Part shown: positions 1-9,588 of the stretch, one piece after another
Layout: each line of letters opens with the position of its first letter
Numbering within the stretch: the stretch's first letter is position 1
Assembly (NCBI GenBank): GCA_947652375.1
Contig: CANTCS010000001.1
Span: forward strand, 68,257-132,256
Length of the DNA stretch: 64,000 nucleotides
Direction of reading: 5' to 3'
Source of the DNA: an uncultured Mollicutes bacterium
Lineage (GTDB): Bacteria > Bacillota_I > Bacilli_A > RF39 > UBA660
Notes under the pieces: model-generated
Database searches by the model: none
What the model saw: only the letters and a program-made list of their open reading frames with translations
What the model was told of the DNA's origin: nothing
Program-made: the position numbers and the translations under genes

Positions 1-769
1 TTTGCTCATCTATATAATTATTTATTATATTTAATAGTTCTTTTGTAGTATTTATTATTTCTTCATTTTGAAAATTCTTTTCTACTCTTAATAAAAAATT
101 ATCTAAGTATTTATGTTTTTTTAGTATTTTAAAACAACTTGGAAAATTTAAATCATAAACATAGGCAAAAAAAGTAATGATTTGATCAGCGTTATTTTTT
201 ACATCTTTGTAATAAACTATTTTATTATTTAAAAATTCTTGAACTATTTTTTTTGAAATTTTTAAGTTGTCAAATTCAGGATACCAAAAAATATCTTTCA
301 TTTTATCTTGATTAATTACTTTAAAAATATCTAGTTTATCAGCATCACGAATTATTTTTGAAAAAAGCAATGATTCTTCATCAATATTTTCTTCAATATT
401 AACTTTATTATGATTATATACTGCTTTTTTTATAATATTATCATATTTATCAGTATCAATAAATTTTTTTATTAAACCATCTTCATATAAAATTTTTAAA
501 CTATAAGAAGCATGATCAATTCCTGTATCTTTGTCAGAGAAAGTATCAAATTGTTTTACTTGTTCAAATCTTCCTATATCGTGAAATAAACCTATTAATT
601 CAGCTAGATTAATTTGTTCTTGATTTAAGTTTAATTCTTGAGCTAAATATCTTGAGTTTTCTGTAACTCTTAAAATGTGATCTACTTTTAATTTTATTCT
701 TCCAGAAGTTAAATCATATTGTTCAACATATTTTATAAATTCTTTTTTAGCATTTTCTATATCTATCAT
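1..769 (-). CDS. HD-domain metal-dependent phosphohydrolase (3' end runs off the window)
   Basis: Own translation of the minus strand from ATG at 769 (GAAGGAGA Shine-Dalgarno upstream) stays open to base 1. It contains LIGLFHDIGR and RDADKLD, typical of the HD superfamily. It is absent from the ORF track because it has no in-window stop. Confidence 0.6.
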   Translation of the reverse strand, partial: MIDIENAKKEFIKYVEQYDLTSGRIKLKVDHILRVTENSRYLAQELNLNQEQINLAELIGLFHDIGRFEQVKQFDTFSDKDTGIDHASYSLKILYEDGLIKKFIDTDKYDNIIKKAVYNHNKVNIEENIDEESLLFSKIIRDADKLDIFKVINQDKMKDIFWYPEFDNLKISKKIVQEFLNNKIVYYKDVKNNADQIITFFAYVYDLNFPSCFKILKKHKYLDNFLLRVEKNFQNEEIINTTKELLNIINNYIDEQ

Positions 770-848
770 TTTTAGTTAGTCTCCTTCTATTTATTTTATT
801 ATTAAAATTAAAAATCTACTGTTCCATAAAAATAAGAACATTAAGTTC

Positions 849-2006
849 TTATCTTGGAACATATTTAAATGGATTTATAATACTTCTAGTATATTGATTA
901 TAAGTTCCATTATAAGCCCATCCATAATTTTCGGACATTTCTAAGTGAAGATGACATCCTGATGAATAACCAGTTGATCCCATATATCCAATTACAGTTC
1001 CTAAATCAACATCTTGTCCGATATTAACATTATAACCTTGTAAGTGTGCATATTGTGAAAAAACTAGTTTACCATTGACATTATGAACTATTAATATCAT
1101 AAAAGCTCCATAATTATCTAAAGTATTTCCTTTGTAATAAACTCTTCCAGGAGCTACTGGATAAATTGGCGTTCCACAGCCTTTTACAAAGTCTACTCCT
1201 TTATGAACACCTCCATAGTTCCAACTAATTCTTCCGCCTATTATTGGACGTCTAAAACCGTTTTCCCCTATTATTACCCCACTTCCGACATCACTATTTC
1301 CGCCACCTCCTGTTGGTGGTTTTGGTGGAATATCACAAGTAACTCCTATAATATCATTTGATTTACATCCTCTACCTTTATAGTAAGATACTTGTTTTTT
1401 ATAAAATTCTATTTGTCCTTTAGTACTTGGAACTGTTCCTTCGATACTTCTGGTTTCTTTTTCAATTCTTTCTTTTTCAGAACTAAGCGATGTTTTCAAA
1501 ACACTGAGATCTTTATTTCTTTTATTTAATTCAATTGTTTTTTTATTATTTTCATCAATTAGTTTTTCTAATTCATCCATAATATTTTTATTATAATCTG
1601 TTAATTGTTCAATTACAGAAATTCTATAAATCATATCTGTAATACTTCTTGCTTCAAAAATATATTCTAAATATGTATTTTCATTAGTGATAACTTGAAA
1701 GTATTTAATTAATTTTTTACTCTCCTTTTCTTTTTTATTAATTTTTTGATTACTTTTTTCAATTTCTAATTTTAAGTTTTTTATTTCTTCTTCAGCATCA
1801 ATAATTTGTTTCTCAATTTTAGATATTTTTTCTTTAATTTCAGCTACTTCTGCAGCATTTTTAGCCATTTTATCTTCTTTTTCTTTCAACTCTTGTGAAT
1901 ACTTATCAACTAGATTTTCATATTCTTTTAAAGTTATAGCAGAAATTTTTGGAGGAAGAATAATTAAAGATAAAAATATTAAAAATATTATCCTTTTCTT
2001 TTTCAT
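849..2006 (-). CDS. Coiled-coil M23 (LytM) peptidoglycan endopeptidase, FtsEX-associated (EnvC/PcsB-like role)
   Basis: Signal-like N-terminus, long heptad-rich K/E coiled coil, and a C-terminal M23 domain with intact HKGVDF (HxxxD) and HLHLE (HxH) ligands. It lies 2 nt downstream of ftsX. Confidence 0.8.
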   Translation of the reverse strand: MKKKRIIFLIFLSLIILPPKISAITLKEYENLVDKYSQELKEKEDKMAKNAAEVAEIKEKISKIEKQIIDAEEEIKNLKLEIEKSNQKINKKEKESKKLIKYFQVITNENTYLEYIFEARSITDMIYRISVIEQLTDYNKNIMDELEKLIDENNKKTIELNKRNKDLSVLKTSLSSEKERIEKETRSIEGTVPSTKGQIEFYKKQVSYYKGRGCKSNDIIGVTCDIPPKPPTGGGGNSDVGSGVIIGENGFRRPIIGGRISWNYGGVHKGVDFVKGCGTPIYPVAPGRVYYKGNTLDNYGAFMILIVHNVNGKLVFSQYAHLQGYNVNIGQDVDLGTVIGYMGSTGYSSGCHLHLEMSENYGWAYNGTYNQYTRSIINPFKYVPR

Positions 2007-2008
2007 AT

Positions 2009-2908
2009 TTACACCTTTAAATACTTTCTAACGGCACTTGCACTACCTATCATTCCAACGATTATACCAATAATAACTATAATTATTGAGGCATAATATA
2101 TAAATGGTTCTGGTGAAATTAGTTCAATAAGTTTAGTAAATAAATATCCATCAAAATGCTGATAAAAGGCAAGATAACCATATGTTGTTAAAATTATTGG
2201 CACAATTGAACCAAATAACCCTAAAATCATTCCTTCAATTATAAATGGTATTTTAATTGAAAAGTTACTAGCTCCTACTAAACGCATTATTCCGATTTCT
2301 CTTTTTCTTGAAAAAATTGTTAATTTAATTGTGTTTATAATTAAAAATACGGTTACTACTACAAGAGCAATAACGACTCCATATGCTACTTTTTCTACTG
2401 ATCTAAAGGCATTTACTAGTTTTTCAACCATTCCCTCACCATATTGAACTAGTGCTACGTTTTTTTCATTTCTTAAATCTTTAGCTGTTTTCCCTATTTT
2501 TTCAACATCTTTGACTTTTATTTTAAATGTATCTCTTAAAGGATTATCTTCACTATCCCAGTCTTTCATTACAGAATTAAAAACATCATATTCTTCCATC
2601 ATTTCATTTTTTACATTTTCTTTAGATTGAAATGTTATTTCTGCAATATTATCTTTTCTTCTTAAAGTTTCTTCCATTGTTTCAATATCTTCTCTAGTTG
2701 AGTCATTTTCCATAAAAAGGACAATTGTTAAATCTTTTTCGATTTCTTTAGTAAAATTTTGTACATTAAAAGAAGCTATTATTGCGATTGCTACTATAAT
2801 TAATGTTATCGTTATACAAGAGATTGAGGCTAAGGAAAGACTAAAGTTTCTTATTACACTTTTAAAAGCATCTCTAATGCTTCTTCCTAACATTCTAAAT
2901 AGCTTCAT
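2009..2908 (-). CDS. ftsX: Cell-division ABC transporter permease-like protein FtsX
   Basis: 299 aa with one N-terminal TM, an extracytoplasmic loop of about 130 aa and three C-terminal TMs. It overlaps the ftsE stop by 14 nt. Confidence 0.85.
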   Translation of the reverse strand: MKLFRMLGRSIRDAFKSVIRNFSLSLASISCITITLIIVAIAIIASFNVQNFTKEIEKDLTIVLFMENDSTREDIETMEETLRRKDNIAEITFQSKENVKNEMMEEYDVFNSVMKDWDSEDNPLRDTFKIKVKDVEKIGKTAKDLRNEKNVALVQYGEGMVEKLVNAFRSVEKVAYGVVIALVVVTVFLIINTIKLTIFSRKREIGIMRLVGASNFSIKIPFIIEGMILGLFGSIVPIILTTYGYLAFYQHFDGYLFTKLIELISPEPFIYYASIIIVIIGIIVGMIGSASAVRKYLKV

Positions 2909-3593
2909 TATTGTAAGTTCCTTTCTGTTTAAAATTTACTAAATGGCCATCTTTTAAGGTAATTACTTGTTTTTTCATTTCATCTACTATTTCTTTATCA
3001 TGAGTTGCCATAATAATAGTTGTTCCTCTTGACTTATTTATATTTTCTAGAACTTTCATTATTTCCATACTTTTTTCTGGATCCAAATTACCTGTTGGTT
3101 CATCGCATAAAAGCATTTTTGGATTATTTACAATGGCACGTGCAATAGCTACTCTTTGTTGTTCACCACCTGATAATTGATCTGGATAATTATGAACTTT
3201 ATTTTTTAGTCCTACATCTTCTAATGCCTTTAAAACGTGTTTTCTTATTTTATCTTTTTTTTCTCCTATACATTCTAAAGCAAAAGCAACATTTTCATAA
3301 ACTGTAAGTTTTGGTAAAAGACGATAATCTTGAAAAACTATTCCTAATTGTCTTCTAAGTTTGTAGACTTTTTTATTTTTTAATCTGGCAACATCAAGTC
3401 CTCCTACAATGATTTGTCCTTTTGTTGGTTTTTCTTCTCGGTATAGCATTTTTATCAAAGTACTTTTGCCACTTCCGGAACCTCCGATAATAAAGACAAA
3501 TGAGCCTTTTTCTATTGCTAAATTTAAGTCATAGATGGCGGTTACTCCATTGCGATATTTTTTTTCTACATTTTTCACTCTAATTAAGTCCAT
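2895..3593 (-). CDS. ftsE: Cell-division ABC ATPase FtsE
   Basis: Walker A GGSGSGKST, signature LSGGEQQR, Walker B LLCDEPTGNLD. Typical FtsE length, and paired with ftsX. Confidence 0.9.
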   Translation of the reverse strand: MDLIRVKNVEKKYRNGVTAIYDLNLAIEKGSFVFIIGGSGSGKSTLIKMLYREEKPTKGQIIVGGLDVARLKNKKVYKLRRQLGIVFQDYRLLPKLTVYENVAFALECIGEKKDKIRKHVLKALEDVGLKNKVHNYPDQLSGGEQQRVAIARAIVNNPKMLLCDEPTGNLDPEKSMEIMKVLENINKSRGTTIIMATHDKEIVDEMKKQVITLKDGHLVNFKQKGTYNNEAI

Positions 3594-3835
3594 CTATTGT
3601 ATCACCACCTTAGTTTATATTCATTATAACATAAAAATTTGTAGAAAAAAAGGCTGATAATTTTTTTAATTTAATTAAATGTGATTATAAATAAAGCAAG
3701 TATTCTGAATTAAAAATATAGTTAAAATTTATTTAAATTACATAAAAGAAAATGTCAACATTTTTTATGTTAACATTTATTACTTTAGTATCTTTATTTT
3801 TAATTTTTTTCTAATTTAGAGAATAAAACTAATTT

Positions 3836-4693
3836 TTATCTTGCGCCTTCTACTTGATAGGAGTCAGTAACAGTAAAAAATGCGTCATTATCTATTTGTT
3901 TTATTCCACGAGCAAGTCTAAAATATTCTTGTGATGGTACAACTGTTAAAAGAACATTTTTTTGCTTTTCAAAAAAACCTCCTTTAACTTCAAAAATTGT
4001 TACACTATGATCTAATGTCTTAATAATGTAAGCTTTTATTTTTTTCTCCTCACTTGTTATTATATAAAATGCTTTATTATTAGAGATACCAAGAAGAATT
4101 TTGTCTAAAACAATATTATTTATATATAAAAATATAATTGCAAACATTGTATTTGTTGTACCAAAAAAATATGCTCCTGCTAAAACTATAGAAATATTTA
4201 TAAATAAACTGGATTTAGCAATTGAAATATGTTTTTTTTCATATAGAACTTGACTTATTACAGGGAAACCACCATTACTATATCCTGTCTTATACATAAG
4301 TCCATTAGCTAAACCACTAATGGCTCCTGCAAAGATAACTAGTAAAAGCATATCAGATGAATCTAAAGAAATTAACGTTGCTAAGGGAGATGTGATTTTT
4401 ACTAGTAATGGATATATAACACTTGCTATTAACGTACCTGCAGTTCTTTCAATTCCAACGAAAATAAAACTAAATAAAGCACATGCTGCAGATAAAATAA
4501 AAATCATTAATGCAGGATCTATTTTATATAAGTGTTTAGTTATAGTCGCAATTCCTTGAGTACCTCCTGTTACAAGATTTAGGGGAAGCAAAAAAATATT
4601 ATATAGGCAAGCACTTAAACTTAATGATATGCTCATAAGAATAATACGCCATATCTTTTTATTTCTCTTTATTTTATTTATAAATTTTTTCAT
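3836..4693 (-). CDS. YitT-family membrane protein (DUF2179-type C-terminal domain)
   Basis: Multi-pass N-terminal membrane domain plus a soluble C-terminal domain ending FFTVTDSYQVEG. Tandem paralog of the upstream gene. Confidence 0.7.
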   Translation of the reverse strand: MKKFINKIKRNKKIWRIILMSISLSLSACLYNIFLLPLNLVTGGTQGIATITKHLYKIDPALMIFILSAACALFSFIFVGIERTAGTLIASVIYPLLVKITSPLATLISLDSSDMLLLVIFAGAISGLANGLMYKTGYSNGGFPVISQVLYEKKHISIAKSSLFINISIVLAGAYFFGTTNTMFAIIFLYINNIVLDKILLGISNNKAFYIITSEEKKIKAYIIKTLDHSVTIFEVKGGFFEKQKNVLLTVVPSQEYFRLARGIKQIDNDAFFTVTDSYQVEGAR

Positions 4694-5575
4694 TTACTCT
4701 CCTCCAAATACTTCATATGTATCTGTAACTATGAAGAAAGCATCTCTATCTATTTCTTTTATTCCTTCTTTTAAACGATAATAGTCTTTTGTAGGAAGAA
4801 CAGCCATTAAAACATTTTCTTTTGTTTTAGAATAACCACCTTTTGCTTTAAAGACAGTAACTCCATGATTAAGATATTTAATTATGTAATTTTTTATTTC
4901 TTCTTCTCTATCTGTTATTATGTAGAAAATTTTGCTATCGGATATTCCTAAAACAACTCGATCTGAAATTAAACTTATAATATACAAAATTATAATGGAA
5001 TACATCATACTATTAATTCCAAAAAACACTCCAGATGACAGTACAATTAAACCGTCACTAAAAAGCATACTTTTACCAAGACTAATTTTACAATATTTTG
5101 ATATTATTTGATTAATTATATCAGTTCCTCCAGTGGTAAAACCAGCTTTAAAAACTAAACCTGCACCAAAACCGTATAAAATCCCTCCGAAAATTGCTGA
5201 TAAAAGTAATTGTGATGTATCTATTTTTAAAATTAAATTTATGGATTGTGTTAATCCTATTAAAAAAGGTAGAAGCATTGTTCCTAAAATTGAGGCTTTT
5301 GTTTTGTCTTTTCCTAATAAAAAATAACTAATTATAATAAGAAATAAATTCATTATTAAAATAGAAAGAGAATTGTTAATATTAAAAAATTTATTTAATA
5401 TTATTGCAATTCCACCTACTCCACCAGGAACTAAATTATTCGAAGCTATAAAAATATTATAGGCTAAAGCTATAAAAAGACACCCTAAAATAAATTGAAT
5501 GGTTCTTTTTAAATAAGATTTTTTATTAATATATTCTAAAAATCTTAAATCCTTGTTTTTTGAAAAAATATTCAT
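4694..5575 (-). CDS. YitT-family membrane protein (DUF2179-type C-terminal domain)
   Basis: Same architecture as 3836..4693 (GGTDII, C-terminal FFIVTDTYEVFGG). Its start overlaps the prfB stop by 4 nt. Confidence 0.7.
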   Translation of the reverse strand: MNIFSKNKDLRFLEYINKKSYLKRTIQFILGCLFIALAYNIFIASNNLVPGGVGGIAIILNKFFNINNSLSILIMNLFLIIISYFLLGKDKTKASILGTMLLPFLIGLTQSINLILKIDTSQLLLSAIFGGILYGFGAGLVFKAGFTTGGTDIINQIISKYCKISLGKSMLFSDGLIVLSSGVFFGINSMMYSIIILYIISLISDRVVLGISDSKIFYIITDREEEIKNYIIKYLNHGVTVFKAKGGYSKTKENVLMAVLPTKDYYRLKEGIKEIDRDAFFIVTDTYEVFGGE

Positions 5576-6676
5576 CTTTCTAGCTCCTTTTTTAAATTAC
5601 TTTCAATAAAAATATCAATATCACCATCTAATATTTTATTAACATTACTTGTTGCTACATTAGTTCTATGGTCTTTTACCATAGAATAAGGGTGCATTAC
5701 ATAACTTCTTATTTGTGAACCAAATTCAATATTTTTTTGTATACCTTTTATTTTATTTAATTCTTGCTCTTGTTCTTCTATTTTTTTTAATAATAATTTA
5801 TTTTTTAAAACTTTCATCGCTTGTTCTTTATTTTGAATTTGACTTCTTTCATTTTGACATGTAACAACTATTTTTGATGGTAAATGAGTTATTCTTACTG
5901 CTGAGTCTGTTGTATTTACTCCTTGTCCGCCTGCTCCAGTTGAACGATAAACATCTATTTTTAAATCTTTATCATTTATTTCAATTGATGAATCTTGATC
6001 GATTTCTGGTGTTACTTCAACAGAAGCAAAAGAAGTATGTCTACGATTATTGGAATCAAAAGGAGATAATCTTACTAATCTATGTACCCCTTTTTCATTT
6101 TTTAAGTATCCATAAGCATTCTGTCCTTTAATTAATATTGAAACGTTTTTTACTCCTGCTTCTTCACCATCTTGATAATCAAGTAAAGTTATTTTATAAT
6201 TGTTTTTTTCACACCATCTTGAATACATCCTATAAAGCATATTAGCCCAATCACAGGATTCAGTTCCACCAGCTCCAGGATGTATATCTAGTATGCAATT
6301 AGACTTATCATATGGACCACTAAGTAATAAAATTTTGTTTAATTTTTCCACTTCAAGCACTATTTCGTTTGTTTTAAAAGAAATTTCTTTATAAATAATT
6401 TCATCATAATCTAATTTTAATAATTCTATAATTTCAAGATTATCTGTTATCTCTTCTTTTAGTTTTTCTAATTGATTAATTTCTTCTTTCAAAGAATTTA
6501 TATCTTTTAAAATTGCTTCTGCTTTATTACGATCATTCCAAAAATTATTATTTTCAGTTTGTTTCTCTAATTTTAATACTTCGTTTTTTTTGACGTCTAT
6601 GTCAAAGTGACCTCCATAAATTGATTATTATTTCTAGTTTTAGCTCTAATATTTTTTGTAATTCATTCAGTTCCAT
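5572..6676 (-). CDS. prfB: Peptide chain release factor 2, expressed via +1 programmed frameshift
   Basis: SPF (RLVRLSPFDS) and GGQ (STGAGGQGVN) motifs are present. Frame-0 leader: ATG at 6676, MELNELQKILELKLEIIINLWRSL, then CTT TGA C. The +1 frame from 6603 is open to 5572 (1032 nt) and is continuous with the track ORF 5572..6492. Confidence 0.92.
6601..6616 (-). promoter_or_regulatory. RF2 autoregulatory +1 frameshift site (SD-like GGAGG, then CTT TGA C)
   Basis: The minus strand reads TGGAGGTCACTTTGAC. There is an internal Shine-Dalgarno-like GGAGG 3 nt before the slippery CTT and the in-frame TGA followed by C, as in the classic prfB site. Confidence 0.9.
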
Positions 6677-6874
6677 ATAATTTCTCCTTTAGTTTTATTT
6701 ATAATTATTATACCAGAAATTTATTAAATTTTTGGAGAATTTATTTCTAATAAATATTTTTAACTTTTTTAATAGATTTATTCTTTAAATTTTATGTATA
6801 TTTTTTTTAGTGTTGCATATATTATTAGTGAGGAAGGTTCACTATGTAGTGTGAAGATCCTCTGTATATAGATT

Positions 6875-6900
6875 AAGAAGCACATTGTGCTTCTTTTTTT
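6875..6900 (+). terminator. Strong plus-strand intrinsic terminator with no annotated upstream gene
   Basis: AAGAAGCAC-ATT-GTGCTTCTT (9-bp stem, 3-nt loop) followed by TTTTT. There is no T-run on the opposite strand. Confidence 0.55.
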
Positions 6901-6977
6901 AATGTTTTTTTATTATATATCCCCTATTTTTTATTTCTTTATATTTTTAAATGACATAATGCTTTTAGGTGAAATAA

Positions 6978-7427
6978 ATGATTGTTGAAAATTTAAAAAA
7001 TACTCGTGAAGAATTAGAATTAAAGCAAAAAGATGTAGCTAAATTTTTAGGAATACATTTATCAACTGTTTCTGGATGGGAAACAGGAAAAGATACTATT
7101 CCTATTAGAAAATTAATTATGTATGCTAATCAGTATTGCTTAAGTTTAGATTATTTATTTGGTTTAATAGCTAATAATGAAGAATATAATAAATTAAATT
7201 TAAATTTAGAAGTTTTAGCTAAAAATCTTACCGAATTAAGACTTACAAATAAATATACCCAAATGTATATTGCTAATAAGCTTAATACAAATCAATCTAC
7301 ATATTCACATTACGAAAATGCTTTAAATATAATACCTACATCATTTCTTTATGGTTTAACTAAAATTTATGGAAAATCATTATCAATAGACAAATTATTT
7401 GGAAGAGAAAAAAAGAAGAAAAATTAG
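6978..7427 (+). CDS. XRE-family transcriptional regulator with two HTH domains
   Basis: Two Cro/C1-type HTH units (LKQKDVAKFLGIHLSTVSGWETG and YTQMYIANKLNTNQSTYSHYENA) in 149 aa. Confidence 0.75.
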   Translation: MIVENLKNTREELELKQKDVAKFLGIHLSTVSGWETGKDTIPIRKLIMYANQYCLSLDYLFGLIANNEEYNKLNLNLEVLAKNLTELRLTNKYTQMYIANKLNTNQSTYSHYENALNIIPTSFLYGLTKIYGKSLSIDKLFGREKKKKN

Positions 7428-7448
7428 TTTATAACAAATTTAGATTCA

Positions 7449-8138
7449 TTAGTGATGTTTGTAATCAATATTTGCCAATTTTGCTTGTTTACATAATTCT
7501 TTTGTTTGTAATTTATATTCTTTTCCATCTTTTATGAAATAAGTATCGCATTGCCTAAATTCAAAATTAACATTTTTTCTTATGCATTGCTCTCTAAGAT
7601 TTAATACCCAGTCATAATTAAATGGTCTAGCTTTATAATCTGATTCTCCCCCAACTACTACTAGTTCTATTTCATCAAGATATTTTTCAATATCAATACT
7701 TTGTAATAATGGTTGGGCTATAACATTTATGTTTTATTGGTAAGTCTTTAAATATAGATAATTTATAATCTGCATTTTTTTGATTTTCAATAGTACAACC
7801 TACAACTACATTATTGTATCCATTATTCCAGTCATTTGGAATACATTTTATAAATCTATCTATTTTTTTAGTTAGAAACAAAAAAGTACAATCCTGTCTT
7901 TTTTTAATCATTTCCCAACACTCATTTCTCCATTCATCAGCTTCTTCAATAAGAAAATCTGATACCAGATTTCATTTTATAATTGCCATTTTTCAACTTT
8001 TCTATTGGTTTTTCAAAGTCTTTTGTTTTTTTATTTCATTAGTATTTATATTTTTTTTGAATCTCCTTTATGGATATAACAATGTAAGCAACCATCACTA
8101 CATTTAATACAACCTCTCCAAGGGTTCCACATTGACAT
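7449..8138 (-). pseudogene. DUF5131 (phage Gp37/Gp68-like) gene disrupted by at least two frameshifts
   Basis: My translation gives three consecutive fragments in different frames. (1) MSMWNPWRGCIKCSDGCLHCY...SGIRFSY*. (2) ...EEADEWRNECWEMIKKRQDCTFLFLTKKIDRF...VVVGCTIENQ...*. (3) ...ELVVVGGESDYKARPFNYDWVLNLREQCIRKNVNFEFRQ...*. Together they match the DUF5131 layout as I remember it. Confidence 0.6.
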
Positions 8139-8150
8139 ATAATAACACTC

Positions 8151-8603
8151 CTAGAATTTTGATTTTTCATAATTGTAAGGAATACTTGTTCCTACAACAA
8201 CATCATCTATTTTTTCTATAATTAACCAATCATCCATATTTCCTTGATGATCAAAATCTAGCGTCTCAATGCTTTCTACATTATTAAATTCCACTAAACA
8301 TAGACATTTTTTATGCCATCTTTCTTTTTGTTTGTCAGTCAATTGTAATTTATTATTATTATTTTCAATAGTTTTTTTAATTTCATCATCTGGTAATTTA
8401 ACAAAATTTTGGACATCTTTTACAACTGCCTTTGCTGTTATTTTTTTTGTTCCTTTTTCCATAAAATAAAGTATTTCTTCTTTAAATACTCTACTATGTG
8501 GTATTTTTCTTCCTGCGGCTCCTCTTATAACCATTGTTTTACTACCATCTAAAATTTTATTTAATTCTTTAGATTTATCATCACAATATACTAAATGTAC
8601 CAT
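8151..8603 (-). CDS. ASCH/PUA-like domain protein (tentative)
   Basis: 150 aa with a GSKTMVIRGAAGRK beta-barrel-type motif reminiscent of ASCH domains. Its stop abuts the DUF5131 pseudogene start. Confidence 0.45.
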   Translation of the reverse strand: MVHLVYCDDKSKELNKILDGSKTMVIRGAAGRKIPHSRVFKEEILYFMEKGTKKITAKAVVKDVQNFVKLPDDEIKKTIENNNNKLQLTDKQKERWHKKCLCLVEFNNVESIETLDFDHQGNMDDWLIIEKIDDVVVGTSIPYNYEKSKF

Positions 8604-9307
8604 AATTTTTCACCTCATCTTTTGAAACTCAAATCTTCTAATCTCATAAGTTTCTTATCTATAATTTAGTCTTCAATCTTTATAATAATCTTTTGCAACA
8701 GAATATTCTTCTTTTGATAGTTTTGTTTCGTTAATTGGATATTCTATTGCTTTATTTTTATTACCAAAATTACCAAGCTTTTTAATATATTTCTTACTTC
8801 TTTAAATTTTTCGATATTAGCTTGTGTTTTTTTGTTCCTAATTTCTCATCTAACTTTAAAAATGTATATTTATTAGAAATTTTTTTAAATACTCATTGGG
8901 TGATTTTAATCTTCTCGTTCTATTTCTTGTTTTGTTTTAAAATTAGAGTTTGTCATCCACTTCCTTTTTCTAAGAACTATTACAAACTTATAATATTTCT
9001 TTCTTTTTTTGTATTTGTACTAGAACTTGAATATTTTATAAAGTTATCTAAAAAGAAAAAATGCCAACAATTAAAAAATGGTGACATCTATAAATTTGAA
9101 ACCTCATTTTTGACCTCTTTCAAACCCTTTGATTTTAAAGATATTTTTTAAAACAGGTGAAAACTAAAATGAGGTGTTTTTTAATTTTCTTGAATTTTTA
9201 GACTTTTCTTAATTTTCTTTTGCAAAACCTTATATATTAAAGGATTAAATTTTATTTTCCACAACAATTTTTATATTTCAAACCAGAGCCACATGTTCAT
9301 CCTTTTC

Positions 9308-9406
9308 TAGTATTATTTGTACTATGTAAAACTATCTGTATTATATGTTTTTAAAGGACTGAATGGTTCTGGTAAGGTTATGTATAAATAGTATTATTTG
9401 TACTAT
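9308..9406. repeat. Two exact 18-bp direct repeats TAGTATTATTTGTACTAT (9308..9325 and 9389..9406), candidate integrase arm-type sites
   Basis: Exact copies 81 bp apart, 180-280 bp beyond the integrase stop, in ORF-less DNA at the element end. Confidence 0.4.
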
Positions 9407-9519
9407 TTTTACTATGTGTTTTCTTCTCAATGAACACAAAATGCACACAATGTATCCATTCGTTCTCAAGATTAATTAATTTGAGTATATAAATAATATA
9501 TACTGCTGACTAAATTATA

Positions 9520-9583
9520 CTATAAAATAAAAAAATAAGCAACACACCCAGATGCGTGTTATAGCATTTTGAGTATGTTGCTT
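9520..9583 (-). terminator. Intrinsic terminator after the integrase gene
   Basis: Minus strand: AAGCAACA (9583..9576) pairs with TGTTGCTT (9544..9537), with an inner AACAC/GTGTT hairpin, followed by ATTTTTTTATTTT. Confidence 0.5.
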
Positions 9584-9588
9584 TTATT

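Noticed and set aside
3752-3776. Tandem palindromic 10-mers ATGTCAACAT / ATGTTAACAT upstream of ftsE as an operator-promoter
   Set aside because: TTGACA gives a good -35, but no acceptable -10 follows at 16-18 nt. Short AT-rich palindromes are frequent in this composition. This is too weak to call.
8822-9151. 109-aa plus-strand ORF (F/L-rich)
   Set aside because: Its Phe/Leu-rich low-complexity product is the antisense shadow of K/E-rich decayed coding fragments. It has no SD and an alternative start codon.
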